Under the pieces are notes generated by a model, which had not been told where the DNA came from, made no database searches, and saw nothing but the letters and a program-made list of their open reading frames with translations. Made by a program: the position numbers and the translations under genes. Below are positions 32,058 through 41,721 of a stretch of 64,000 nucleotides of DNA, in pieces; positions within the stretch are counted from its first letter, which is position 1; each line of letters starts with the position of its first letter. Source of the stretch: an uncultured Candidatus Saccharibacteria bacterium (GTDB taxonomy: Bacteria; Patescibacteriota; Minisyncoccia; UBA6257). The stretch is from the NCBI GenBank assembly GCA_964618625.1, contig CAZUBI010000001.1, positions 1,940 to 65,939 on the forward strand. The letters are read 5' to 3'.

Positions 32058-32450
32058 ATGAAAACAATTTTAGTTGATGCAGTTTATACTTTTGTAATAG
32101 AAAATGATGGGATTTTCAAGCTCTTTAAGCAAATGTATGATTTGCTTGAAACTTTTCCAAATAGAAAAATTATTTTGACTGGAGCTAATGATGAACAATT
32201 CAAAAAGTCCAACTTAGACAAAATGCCTTATGAAGTTTTTACACTAAAGCATAATCCAGAAAAAACCGATCCAAAATATTACAAAGCAATGCTTGAACAT
32301 TTTGGTTTTAATAAAAACGATGTTATATATTTTGAGCATGATGAGAACGCAGTAAAAAGTGCACAGTCAGTTGGTATCAAAACCTACAATTACGATTCAG
32401 AGAAAAAGGATTTGATTGCGCTCAAAGATTTTCTGATGGAAAATCTATAA
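32058..32450 (+). CDS. HAD-like hydrolase
   Basis: ILVDAVYTF, ILTGAN, K..P..Y, YFEHDENAVKSAQSVGI. Confidence 0.65.
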   Translation: MKTILVDAVYTFVIENDGIFKLFKQMYDLLETFPNRKIILTGANDEQFKKSNLDKMPYEVFTLKHNPEKTDPKYYKAMLEHFGFNKNDVIYFEHDENAVKSAQSVGIKTYNYDSEKKDLIALKDFLMENL

Positions 32451-32504
32451 AGAAAAAGTTTGAATTTTGTTGAAGATTAAAGGTTAGCGAAAATTAAAAT
32501 TAAT

Positions 32505-33161
32505 ATGAAATTATTACTTACCTCTGGTGGTATAACCAATAAGTCAATTGCTGATGCATTGTTTGATTTGGTTGGCAAAAAGCCGCAAGATACTTCACTG
32601 GTTTTTATTCCCACAGCTGCAAATACAGAAATCGGCGATAAAAGCTGGTTTATTGATGATTTGTTAAATTTAAAAAATCAAAATTTTAAGTCCATTGATA
32701 TTGCTGATATCTCAGCGGCTGACAAAAAGATTTGGAGGTCAAAACTGGAAGAGACTGATGTGTTATTTTTTGGAGGAGGTAATACTTATTATTTAATGGA
32801 ATGGATTAATAAATCAGGCCTTGCGTCTTTTTTTCCTGAGTTATTGAAAGACAAGGTGTATGTAGGATTGAGTGCTGGGAGCATGGTAACAAGCAAAAAT
32901 TTGGCTCTCAAAATTTCTCAAATTTTGTATGAAGAAGATTTGGATAAAACCGAAGACATGCCAGGACTTAACTTTGTGGATTTCTATTTTTTACCTCACT
33001 TGAATTTCCCTTATTTTGAAAAGTTGAGAGAAGATTTTATAAAAGAAACTGTAAAAGGGATGCCGGAAAAGATATACGTTTTAGATGATAACTCTGCTTT
33101 GAAAGTTATTGATGGAAAAGTTGAAGCAATAAGCGAGGGAAAGTGGTTTGTAATCAATTAA
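32505..33161 (+). CDS. peptidase E (S51) family protein
   Basis: LLLTSGG, FIPTAA, GGGNTYYL, GLSAGS, LPH. Confidence 0.85.
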   Translation: MKLLLTSGGITNKSIADALFDLVGKKPQDTSLVFIPTAANTEIGDKSWFIDDLLNLKNQNFKSIDIADISAADKKIWRSKLEETDVLFFGGGNTYYLMEWINKSGLASFFPELLKDKVYVGLSAGSMVTSKNLALKISQILYEEDLDKTEDMPGLNFVDFYFLPHLNFPYFEKLREDFIKETVKGMPEKIYVLDDNSALKVIDGKVEAISEGKWFVIN

Positions 33162-33191
33162 TAAAGTTTTATTGATTAAACTCAAGTGCTT

Positions 33192-34172
33192 ATGAAATTT
33201 CAGATTTTGAAAAACAAAAAGAAATTCTTTATTTTTCCAACCATACCTTTTCATTTTGACTCTACTTTTTATAAGCCAGGGCATTTTCCAACCAGTGACA
33301 TGAAGTGGGAATCGGGAAAAAGATGGCAAACTATGTTGTGGAAAGGAAAGAAATTAGGCTTGATCTTTGAAGATAAAAGTGTTGGTAGAAAGTCTAAAGT
33401 ATTGGTTAATGTTTTTTCAGATAAGAAATTATCAACGGAATTTATTGAAGGATTGAAAAAAGAAATTATTTTGCGTTTTAATCTTGATTTAAATCTTGCT
33501 GAATTTTATCAGATGGCCAAAAAAGACATTTTGCTTAAACCAATTATTAGAAGATTTAAAGGTTTGAGGCCAATGCATTCTGGTTCTTTGTATGAATATT
33601 TAATTATTGCCATTGTTTTACAAAATGCCACTATAAAAAGAAGTGTTTATATGATGCAAATTCTTTTTGAAAATTATGGCAGTTTGCTTCAGTTTGACAA
33701 TCAAAAATTTTGGTGTTTTTGGAAGCCGGAAATATTAGTCAAAGCCAAAGAGCAAAAACTAAGAGATTTAAAAATGGGTTATCGGGCCAAATCCTTAATT
33801 AAAGTTTCTGAGCCGTTTGTTAAAGGAGAAATCAATGAATTAGAATTAAGAACAAAATCTTACGAAGAACAAGAAAAAGCCCTTGTTAATCTTTATGGAA
33901 TTGGTCCAGCTTCAATAGGATATATTATGTTTGATGTTTTTCATAGATGGGATTATTTAAATCATATTTCTCCTTGGGAGCAAAAGATTTATACTAAGAT
34001 ATTCTTTAATAAGAATTACGAAAAGGAATTAGTTTCTGTAGAAAGAATGCTTAGATATTTTGATAAATGGGGTAAATGGAAGAATTTAGCAGTTCATTAT
34101 GTTTGGGAAGATATCTGGTGGAAAAGAAAAAACAAACATATTCCCTGGCTAGAAAAAGAAATCCGGCTTTAA
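33192..34172 (+). CDS. HhH-GPD DNA glycosylase (AlkA/Ogg-like)
   Basis: YEYLIIAIVLQN, MGYRAK, LYGIGPAS. Confidence 0.75.
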   Translation: MKFQILKNKKKFFIFPTIPFHFDSTFYKPGHFPTSDMKWESGKRWQTMLWKGKKLGLIFEDKSVGRKSKVLVNVFSDKKLSTEFIEGLKKEIILRFNLDLNLAEFYQMAKKDILLKPIIRRFKGLRPMHSGSLYEYLIIAIVLQNATIKRSVYMMQILFENYGSLLQFDNQKFWCFWKPEILVKAKEQKLRDLKMGYRAKSLIKVSEPFVKGEINELELRTKSYEEQEKALVNLYGIGPASIGYIMFDVFHRWDYLNHISPWEQKIYTKIFFNKNYEKELVSVERMLRYFDKWGKWKNLAVHYVWEDIWWKRKNKHIPWLEKEIRL

Positions 34173-34247
34173 TTTTAAGAAATAGCTGATGAATTAAGAA
34201 ATACAAAAGAAGAGTGCGTTAATAAAAAGAATTATTGAATAGCTTTT

Positions 34248-34946
34248 ATGTTTATAAAAAATCCAAAAGTGAAATTTGTTATAGACCCGAAAGAAGATAT
34301 AAAAAATTATATTCTTTTTAATAAGTACAAATATGCTGCCAGCGATCCAAAAACATTCAAAATGTTTTTGCCTCAAAAATTGCATTATATTTTAAAAAGC
34401 CGATTTTCCGAGAAACAGAAAGCAAAAATAGTGAAAGCATATGTAAAAAATACGTTTATTTTACACAAAAAAGAAATAGCCCAAAATACCGACAGAGCCA
34501 AGAAAGAATGGCACAAGGTGGCAAAGGATTACTTTCGGCTGATGAATAGAATTTTTAAAGATCATCCTTGGCCGAAGGGAAAATATATAGGATTTGCCAG
34601 CGTGTTTGAAATGTATCCCAAAAACGTTAAAGAAAAAATATTTTATTTTTCCGGACTAAAAAAAGATTTAAATTTTAACATTGCCACAATAGCTCATGAA
34701 ATGCTTCATTTTATGTTTTTTGACTATATCGACAAGAATACCAGAGTTAGAGATAGAGGCTCAGAGAACATATGGAATGCTTCAGAAGTTTTTAATTTAG
34801 TAATTGAAACATGGAAACCATATCAAAAGATTTTTAAAACAAATGGTAAGGCGTATTATTTTATGCATAAAAAGATGTTACCCAAAATGAAAAAGCTATG
34901 GAAAGAAAAAGAAGACATTGATTACCTATTAAACCACTATTTTTAA
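34248..34946 (+). CDS. hypothetical protein with HEXXH motif
   Basis: IAHEMLH with downstream ASE. Confidence 0.6.
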   Translation: MFIKNPKVKFVIDPKEDIKNYILFNKYKYAASDPKTFKMFLPQKLHYILKSRFSEKQKAKIVKAYVKNTFILHKKEIAQNTDRAKKEWHKVAKDYFRLMNRIFKDHPWPKGKYIGFASVFEMYPKNVKEKIFYFSGLKKDLNFNIATIAHEMLHFMFFDYIDKNTRVRDRGSENIWNASEVFNLVIETWKPYQKIFKTNGKAYYFMHKKMLPKMKKLWKEKEDIDYLLNHYF

Positions 34947-34954
34947 TCCCTAAT

Positions 34955-35389
34955 ATGAAAAATCAATTAATTAATGTTGGGAAAAGATATGTATTCTGTT
35001 TGATTGGTTACAATGGACAAATATCTTTATCTAAACTTTGCGATGATACTTGCAGTGAAGTTTCCCGAATGTTGGCTCAATGGTTTCTAAAAAAATTGCC
35101 TAAAGCAGATATGTATATTGCAAAAGGGAAGATTGGGAAACGATTTCATGATTTACTACTAGTTCACGATAAGGAAGTTTATATATTAGATCCTACAGTA
35201 TGGCAATTCTTTAAAAATAAGAAATCAATTCTTATTAAAAAAACAAAAACAGTTAATGATGCTCTTTCAGTACTTGTAAGTATATATGGAGGAAAATGGA
35301 AAATCTCAGAGCGAATTGCCAAATATTCAAATAAAGAGATAAAACAGCTTAAAAGCGTTTTGGCGAAAAGATTTAAAAAATCTTTATAA
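34955..35389 (+). CDS. hypothetical protein (possible transglutaminase-like Cys-His-Asp fold)
   Basis: CSEVS...FHDLL...ILDPT. Confidence 0.5.
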   Translation: MKNQLINVGKRYVFCLIGYNGQISLSKLCDDTCSEVSRMLAQWFLKKLPKADMYIAKGKIGKRFHDLLLVHDKEVYILDPTVWQFFKNKKSILIKKTKTVNDALSVLVSIYGGKWKISERIAKYSNKEIKQLKSVLAKRFKKSL

Positions 35390-35530
35390 TACTTATATTA
35401 CTGGGTACTAACCTCATGTGGTCTGTTTTTGCTCTTAGTTTGGCATTATGAAAATAATTCGTATAATAACCAGTTGTACGGAATAGAAAAACATATTTAT
35501 TAAAATAGAATTTTGGAGTAAAATAAATTT

Positions 35531-36493
35531 ATGTTAAACAATATAAAAGATTTTGTAGAGATTTTTAAATGCCCCGATTGCGAGGAAGATTTAGTTATTG
35601 ATGGTGAAAATCTTAAGTGTAGAAAATGTGACAGAATTATTCCTGTGGTTAATGGTGTTGCGATTTTTTTATCACAAAAAGAATGGAAAGAGTTTTTTAG
35701 TAAAAGCCACAACTTTGAGAATTATACTATGGATAGCGAAAAACTCTTTTTTCAAGAAATTTTAGAGCAAAATGATTATTTAAAGTCTATTGAGATGATT
35801 GATAAATATACTGATTCGGAAGAGAATAAAAAAACTTTTGCGGAAATAACTGGCTCGACAGGAACTGATGATAAAGAATTAGAAAGAGCAATTTTGGAAG
35901 CAAATGATAAGATATTAGATAAGGGCGAGGTTGATAAAGCAAAAATGATTTTGGACTGGCCGACTGGCCCAGGCGCTTTTATTCTAAGAATGGTTAATAA
36001 AATTAGTAGGGATGTTGTTGTTGTAAGTTCTGAGATTAATCTATTCAGTATTTTTCGATTAAAAAAATATCTAGAATCAAAAGGGTTAGCTGACAATATT
36101 CTTTTTGTAAACAATGATGTTATAAAAATGCCATTTAAAGACGATGTTTTTGACTTGGTATCGGTATTTGGATTGACCGTTGAAGTTCCAGATTCAGATA
36201 AAGCTTTGAGTGAGACATACAGAGTTATGAAATCTGGCGGGGTAATCGTAGGGAGTGGAGAGATATATAAAGAAGGTTCTGAAAGTATGAAATTGGCCGA
36301 TGAAATGAATATTGGCCAGCTTTGTACAAGTGAAAGATTTTCTCAGAAAATAAATAAAATCGGTTTTAAAAACATTGATATTGAAATCGCTTATGAAGGC
36401 TATGATACGGATGATTTACCGGACGAAGAAAGATGTCCACTGCCCGCGAGAGGTGATTGGTTTTCTTACGTTATCATAAAGGCAGAAAAATAA
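35531..36493 (+). CDS. SAM-dependent methyltransferase with N-terminal Trm112-like Zn ribbon
   Basis: CPDC...CRKC, ILDWPTGPG, MPFKDDVFDLV, RVMKSGG. Confidence 0.8.
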   Translation: MLNNIKDFVEIFKCPDCEEDLVIDGENLKCRKCDRIIPVVNGVAIFLSQKEWKEFFSKSHNFENYTMDSEKLFFQEILEQNDYLKSIEMIDKYTDSEENKKTFAEITGSTGTDDKELERAILEANDKILDKGEVDKAKMILDWPTGPGAFILRMVNKISRDVVVVSSEINLFSIFRLKKYLESKGLADNILFVNNDVIKMPFKDDVFDLVSVFGLTVEVPDSDKALSETYRVMKSGGVIVGSGEIYKEGSESMKLADEMNIGQLCTSERFSQKINKIGFKNIDIEIAYEGYDTDDLPDEERCPLPARGDWFSYVIIKAEK

Positions 36494-36505
36494 TCTTTTC
36501 TATTA

Positions 36506-37309
36506 ATGATGAAAGAAATAGAAATTATTCAACAATTTGAGGATATTTTTATTAAAGCTGGAAAGCTGGCAGTTAAATTGAGAAATAATGCTGTTATTGA
36601 GCAAAAGCATAATTCTGGGATAAAGGATATTGATATTGTCACGAGTGCAGATTTAACTGTTCAAGAATTCGTGTTGGAGAAATTAGCAGTATCAGAATTG
36701 AAGCACTGTGAAATCGTTGCAGAAGAAGATACCCCTAGTAGAAACTTGTTTGCCAAATCTTCTAATTTTGTAATTACTATTGATCCAATTGATGGTACAA
36801 AGCTATACGCCAGTGGTAAAAAGATGTATTCCATAATCATAACCGTTCATAATAAAAAAAGGCCGATTTATACTTTTTGTTATTTTCCTGAGGTTAAATG
36901 GGGGGTGAAAATTGTTTATGATGAATGTCATTTTTTTGGTAATAAGCCAAAAATAATACATAATACAGTTCAGCCAAAGACGATTGTTTACTCATTTTAT
37001 AACTCAAAAGGAAATCCTATAGATTCTATTCATGGGCAACCCAAAGAATTATTAAAAGAGCGTTATATTTTTCGGAATAAAAAAGAAATTACCAATGAAG
37101 CTGGTTCAACTGCCCTTTTCTTATTAGGAATTGTTGATGGATATTTTGTAGAAAATGGATCAGCTGTTGATTGCCTTGTCGGACTTCATTATGCATTAGC
37201 ACGAGGGTTTAAAGTTTACCAAAATATTGATTTAGAAAAAACGGTTTCGAGTAAACTTTCTAGTGGAAGCGAAGAATATAGAGGTAATTATTTGGTTATT
37301 AGAAATTAG
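36506..37309 (+). CDS. inositol monophosphatase family protein
   Basis: VTSAD, AEE, IDPIDGT. Confidence 0.85.
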   Translation: MMKEIEIIQQFEDIFIKAGKLAVKLRNNAVIEQKHNSGIKDIDIVTSADLTVQEFVLEKLAVSELKHCEIVAEEDTPSRNLFAKSSNFVITIDPIDGTKLYASGKKMYSIIITVHNKKRPIYTFCYFPEVKWGVKIVYDECHFFGNKPKIIHNTVQPKTIVYSFYNSKGNPIDSIHGQPKELLKERYIFRNKKEITNEAGSTALFLLGIVDGYFVENGSAVDCLVGLHYALARGFKVYQNIDLEKTVSSKLSSGSEEYRGNYLVIRN

Positions 37310-37364
37310 AAACATTAACAGAAAAATAAAAAGAATTTATTGTCAAAACAAAAATCATATTACA

Positions 37365-37395
37365 AATCGCCAAAAAGGCGATTTTTTGGTAGAAT
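37365..37395 (+). repeat. part B only
   Basis: AATCGCCAAAAAGGCGATTTTTTGGTAGAAT. Confidence 0.9.
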
Positions 37396-37408
37396 AAAGG
37401 ATATAAAC

Positions 37409-37759
37409 ATGTCATATATATTAAGAAAAATCAAAGATAGTAATTCAAAGGATATAACTTGTGGAGTAATGCGCAATTTGACTACAGCGGGAGATTTTAA
37501 AGAAATGGATTTTGCTCATGTTACTATTACAGACAAAACTAAGGAGCATTATCATAAAGAACTCACTGATGTCTATTATGTATTAAAAGGTTCTATAGCT
37601 ATTGAAATTGATGGAAAGGTTGAGAATTTAGAAGAGGATTCATTAATAATGATTTATCCGAATACAAATCATAAAGCTTGGAAAACAAGTAAAGAAGACG
37701 CAGAAATCTTAGTAGTATGTTGTCCTCCTTGGAGCGAGGAAGATGAAATATTAGTTTAA
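37409..37759 (+). CDS. cupin domain protein
   Basis: HYHKELTDVYYVLKG, IYPNTNH; ATG 37409 lies after the repeat. Confidence 0.8.
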   Translation: MSYILRKIKDSNSKDITCGVMRNLTTAGDFKEMDFAHVTITDKTKEHYHKELTDVYYVLKGSIAIEIDGKVENLEEDSLIMIYPNTNHKAWKTSKEDAEILVVCCPPWSEEDEILV

Positions 37760-37763
37760 TATT

Positions 37764-38105
37764 ATGAAATTAGATTCCGCAATATTTTATACAAATAATT
37801 TAGAAAAAGTTATTCCTTTTTACAGGAATATAGTTGGTTTGAATATAGAATATATTCAAGAAGGTAAATTTGTTTCTTTTAAATTTGAAAATGGGAGATT
37901 AGGTATAAAACAGGCAAAAGAAAAAAGAGAGATACCAGGGCATCAAACTATTTTTATAGAAATAGAAGACATTGAGAAAACATATAATGAGTTTAAGGAA
38001 AAAGGAATAATCTTTTTAAAGGAATTAACACAAGAAAATTGGGCAACTAATTTTAGTTTTCTTGATCCTGATGGCAACAAGATTCAATTTATGAAAAGAA
38101 AATAG
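37764..38105 (+). CDS. VOC/glyoxalase family protein
   Basis: FYRNIVGL, IEDIEKTY, FLDPDGNKI. Confidence 0.85.
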   Translation: MKLDSAIFYTNNLEKVIPFYRNIVGLNIEYIQEGKFVSFKFENGRLGIKQAKEKREIPGHQTIFIEIEDIEKTYNEFKEKGIIFLKELTQENWATNFSFLDPDGNKIQFMKRK

Positions 38106-38133
38106 GTTTCAACATCGTTCCATAGCCCCAGCA
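38105..38133 (+). repeat. att-like core (part A), overlapping the stop codon
   Basis: GGTTTCAACATCGTTCCATAGCCCCAGCA. Confidence 0.88.
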
Positions 38134-38235
38134 AATTAAGTTTAAAAAGTCGCCCTCTTGATATTTCTCTTACAATATTGTAAAGTTAGGGCAAAAGGTC
38201 GGAGCTTCATTAATATTAAATTTTGACCAAATATT

Positions 38236-38463
38236 ATGATTGTAGAATTTGTTTTAAAAGAGCGTCCCTCAGAATTAAAGATTGAAGGTTACGAAGAATT
38301 AGATTTTACCATTGGTTCTGTTTTTGCAAGCCCAGTAGATAAAAGAGTGGAAGTAGTAGTTAAAAAACATCCCGATGGAAGAGTAAGTATATTTACCGAC
38401 AAATCAGAGGTTATAAAAACCATCACTCAAACAACTGAAGTTGTTGATATTCACGTCAAATAA
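38236..38463 (+). CDS. hypothetical protein
   Basis: 75-aa ORF with plausible composition between repeats. Confidence 0.6.
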   Translation: MIVEFVLKERPSELKIEGYEELDFTIGSVFASPVDKRVEVVVKKHPDGRVSIFTDKSEVIKTITQTTEVVDIHVK

Positions 38464-38476
38464 ACGAAAACTAAAA

Positions 38477-38507
38477 AATCGCCAAGAAGGCGATTTTTTG
38501 GTAGAAT
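38477..38507 (+). repeat. part B only
   Basis: AATCGCCAAGAAGGCGATTTTTTGGTAGAAT, 8 nt before ATG. Confidence 0.9.
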
Positions 38508-38515
38508 AGAAGTAT

Positions 38516-38812
38516 ATGAGAACAATTCCTTTCCCTTTTAGATACAAGAAAGCCTTATTAAATAAGACTAAAAATACGACTATTCGCGTTAGCAAGGAAG
38601 TTGGAAAATACAAGAAAGGAAGAATTTATGTAACAGAATCTTATGCTGGTAGAAATTGGGGTGTTAAAATCAAAATTAATGATGTAGTTTCTACAAAACT
38701 AGGCGATCTTAAAGATTTCGGAATTCCTAAACAAAGCATCAATGCTATTTTAAAACAAAAAGGAATTTCCCTCAAAAGCAAAGCAGATTTGATTAGATTT
38801 GAGATAATATGA
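38516..38812 (+). CDS. ASCH domain-like protein
   Basis: F...Y...L..TKNTTIR, C-terminal IRFE. Confidence 0.65.
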   Translation: MRTIPFPFRYKKALLNKTKNTTIRVSKEVGKYKKGRIYVTESYAGRNWGVKIKINDVVSTKLGDLKDFGIPKQSINAILKQKGISLKSKADLIRFEII

Positions 38813-38813
38813 A

Positions 38814-38908
38814 AGTTTCAACATCGTTCCATAGGGACAGCTATCTAGTTTTTTATCGAGGGACCGAGATACATCAAAATCGCCAAAAAGGCGATTTTTT
38901 GGTAGAAT
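38814..38908 (+). repeat. long-variant repeat (A + ~35-bp insert + B)
   Basis: AGTTTCAACATCGTTCCATAGGGACAGC-TATCTAGTTTTTTATCGAGGGACCGAGATACATCA-AAATCGCC...TAGAAT. Confidence 0.88.
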
Positions 38909-38917
38909 ATAGATAAT

Positions 38918-39865
38918 ATGAAAATTGGAGACGTATTTTTTGCAAAAGTTAAAAGCTTTGAGGAATTTAAAGATTTTATCAAGAACTTAGATATTAAGGC
39001 TGACATTTTTATTATTAAACCAAATTGGGTAGAGCCATCTAAAGGGCAATACACAGAAGTGCTGCCACTGCAATGGTTGTTTGATTGTTTGGATGGAACA
39101 AAAATAATAATAGAGAGCCATACTGCTTGGAGAAATAAACTTCTTTTGGAGACTGGAAAAGTTATTGTTAATGCGGATAACGTAAGTCAGAAAAGAGATT
39201 TTTTAAGAGAAAATGACAAATGGTTTCTTGAAGCTACGGGCTTAAAAGAATTATTAAAAAAATATAATGTTGAGTATATAAATATTACAGAAGAAGTATG
39301 GAAAGGAGAAGTTGTTGACTCTGAAATTATTAGAGAAATTGTAGAGGAAAAATTCGCCGCTGTTCAACATAAAGAGTTATACAGCGTAATTCCTAAAAAG
39401 ATATTTGGATTAAAAAATACTGTTTTGATTGATTTGGCAAAAATTAAGACAGACGGAAGCGTTGTGATGAGTTTATCAACTAAAAATCTTTTTGGCTTGA
39501 TTCCAGATCCAAAACGTTCTCCAAGATATCACGACCATGAGAAGAAGATACTTCCTTACGCAATTTTAGATATGAATAAAATTTATCGTGCTCTTTTTAA
39601 AACTGTATTTATAAACGAGGGAATTTTTACTGCAATAGACGGACCTTCGCCAGAACAAGGAAGATTAAAAGAAGGCCTTAATTTAATTGTTGCCGGTCAT
39701 AATTCTATTGATGTTGATTTAACAACAGCAAAACTTGTTGGAATTAACCCAGAAGAATTGTTAGATAATTTACTTCAGCCAGTTAATGAAGTTTTCGGCT
39801 CAAGCCCGGAAATATTAACTGATATCCCGGAGAATTTTTCTGATAGATTGAATTATAAAGATTGA
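38918..39865 (+). CDS. DUF362 family protein
   Basis: IIKPNWV, SLSTKNLFGLIP, EGI...DGP, DVDL. Confidence 0.75.
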   Translation: MKIGDVFFAKVKSFEEFKDFIKNLDIKADIFIIKPNWVEPSKGQYTEVLPLQWLFDCLDGTKIIIESHTAWRNKLLLETGKVIVNADNVSQKRDFLRENDKWFLEATGLKELLKKYNVEYINITEEVWKGEVVDSEIIREIVEEKFAAVQHKELYSVIPKKIFGLKNTVLIDLAKIKTDGSVVMSLSTKNLFGLIPDPKRSPRYHDHEKKILPYAILDMNKIYRALFKTVFINEGIFTAIDGPSPEQGRLKEGLNLIVAGHNSIDVDLTTAKLVGINPEELLDNLLQPVNEVFGSSPEILTDIPENFSDRLNYKD

Positions 39866-39886
39866 TTATTAAAAAACCATTAAAAA

Positions 39887-39912
39887 GCTTCCAACATCGT
39901 TCCATAGCCCCA
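39887..39912 (+). repeat. att-like core (part A only)
   Basis: GCTTCCAACATCGTTCCATAGCCCCA. Confidence 0.88.
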
Positions 39913-40103
39913 ACTTTTTATCTATTGACTTTTAATATAAAATATGCTATATTTATGATATCCTATAATGGGATATTTTTAGTTCTTTGAAAAAGAATAT
40001 TTCTACTATCTGCTATATAACTGATCATTACATATGATTAGTGGTTGGTTATATGGCAGGTAGTTAAAGTATAAAATAAAAAACTTAGAAAGGAGTGAAA
40101 AAA

Positions 40104-40574
40104 ATGCATAAGAACAAAAAGGTAGATGAGATAAAATTTGAGATGAGTATTAGTGGTATTAGTTGCGATGGTACTCAAAGCGTGTTTTTGAAAGTGTTTG
40201 GTAAAGAGATTGCGCTCAGATATTTTTATGACGGAATTCCCAAAATTTACATTCGTGTAGATGAAAAAGAGAAAGAGATTTCCTTGAAACGAGATCCAGT
40301 ATCCTTTTTCGCTTATCCATTAATGAAGATATTTGAAGTGTCGGAGGAAACAGATAAGGAAATGGATGAAAAAAAAATAAATGTAAAATTCGAGATTTTG
40401 GAAAAACTGTCAAAAGATATAGGAAAAACAGACTATGAGCTCATAATATGTTTCAGACCATTATTGGAATACAACCCAGATAATATAAGATATATTGATG
40501 TTAGCTTTGAGAGTTTAAGGAAGACAGATTATAAGAGGGAGGTAATTTTTGCACATTTTATTCCTAATTACTAA
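40104..40574 (+). CDS. hypothetical protein (SD-led)
   Basis: AAGGAG at 40090, ATG 40104; promoter TTGACT(39925)-17-TATATT. Confidence 0.6.
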   Translation: MHKNKKVDEIKFEMSISGISCDGTQSVFLKVFGKEIALRYFYDGIPKIYIRVDEKEKEISLKRDPVSFFAYPLMKIFEVSEETDKEMDEKKINVKFEILEKLSKDIGKTDYELIICFRPLLEYNPDNIRYIDVSFESLRKTDYKREVIFAHFIPNY

Positions 40575-40689
40575 GTTTAAATAATTTTATCGAAGAAGAA
40601 CGGATAATTAATTGATTAAAATTTACATCAAGATATCCGTTTTTTTATTTAAACAGATTTTAATATTGTTAAGCAATTTGAGCCAAAAA

Positions 40690-40786
40690 GGTTCCAACAT
40701 CGTTCCATAGCCCCAGCCGTCTAGTTTTTTTTATCGAGGGACCGAGATACATCAAAATCGCCAAAAAGGCGATTTTTTGATAAAAT
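40690..40786 (+). repeat. long-variant repeat (A + insert + B)
   Basis: Exact core, insert TCTAGTTTTTTTTATCGAGGGACCGAGATACATCA, hairpin, TGATAAAAT. Confidence 0.9.
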
Positions 40787-40805
40787 AAATTAATAGTAGA
40801 TAGTT

Positions 40806-41651
40806 ATGAAATTTAAAATTTCCAAAACTAAATTCAAAGGTCCCTTTAATCTAAAATTAACTTTAGATTCTGATCAATGTCCTTCAGATATCTGGTGCCT
40901 TAAAAATGGAAAATATACGACATTTATTGAATTAAAGAATAATTGGATTCCAATAGCAGTTTGGGAAGAAAAAGAAAATCTATTTTTTGAATGTAAAGAA
41001 GATATTTCTGAGAAGCTTCTTTATCATTTTTGGTCAGATTATTATTTATTAAGATTTTATTCTGAGTTTGCTTCAGATAAATATATATCAAAAGCTATTA
41101 ATTTCTGCCAAGGTTTAAGACTAATGCGAGATTGGGATATAAATTACAGGATTATTGAAGCAATCTTAACTCAAAATGCTTCTGTCAAACAAATTAGAAA
41201 TATGGAGAGTAATTTGAGAAATTTTTATGGCAATCAACATACTTTTAATTTGGAAGAAATTGCAAATGCAAACGAAAAGAAGATTCAGAAGAAATGTAAA
41301 GTTGGATATAGGGCAAAATATCTTATAAGTGTAGCCAGAAAAATTTTAAATAACGAATTAAACATTGAGCAAATAAAAGAAATGGATAGCACTGATGCAA
41401 GGAGATTACTAACAGATATTGAAGGAATAGGACCAAAGGTTGCAGATATAATTTTACTTTATGGATTCGGCAAAATAGATACTTTTCCAATGGACGTTTG
41501 GTTAAGAAGGGCATTGACTAGAGAATATTTTAAAGGAGAACAAACTTCGGATAAAAAACTAAGAGAGTTTGCTCTGAATTATTTTGGCAGGCATGCTGGA
41601 ATAGCGCATTTATACATGTTTTATTACGAAAGGAAAATTAAATCTTCATAA
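40806..41651 (+). CDS. 8-oxoguanine/AlkA-type DNA glycosylase
   Basis: FNLKLTLDSDQ, AILTQN, VGYRAKY, IEGIGPKVAD, FPMDVW, AGIAHLYMF. Confidence 0.85.
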   Translation: MKFKISKTKFKGPFNLKLTLDSDQCPSDIWCLKNGKYTTFIELKNNWIPIAVWEEKENLFFECKEDISEKLLYHFWSDYYLLRFYSEFASDKYISKAINFCQGLRLMRDWDINYRIIEAILTQNASVKQIRNMESNLRNFYGNQHTFNLEEIANANEKKIQKKCKVGYRAKYLISVARKILNNELNIEQIKEMDSTDARRLLTDIEGIGPKVADIILLYGFGKIDTFPMDVWLRRALTREYFKGEQTSDKKLREFALNYFGRHAGIAHLYMFYYERKIKSS

Positions 41652-41655
41652 TAAA

Positions 41656-41684
41656 GGTCCCAACATCATTTCATAGCCCCAGCA
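41656..41684 (+). repeat. att-like core (part A, 3 substitutions)
   Basis: GGTCCCAACATCATTTCATAGCCCCAGCA, 4 nt after stop. Confidence 0.8.
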
Positions 41685-41721
41685 CGAGTTAGTATAGTAT
41701 CAAGAAACTAATGTTATAAAT

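Noticed and set aside
37340-37408. N-terminal extensions running through the repeat (KSPKRRFFGRI at 37340; also ORF 43855-44076 and start 48472)
   Set aside because: These translate the part-B module; the likely starts are the ATGs after the -10 box.
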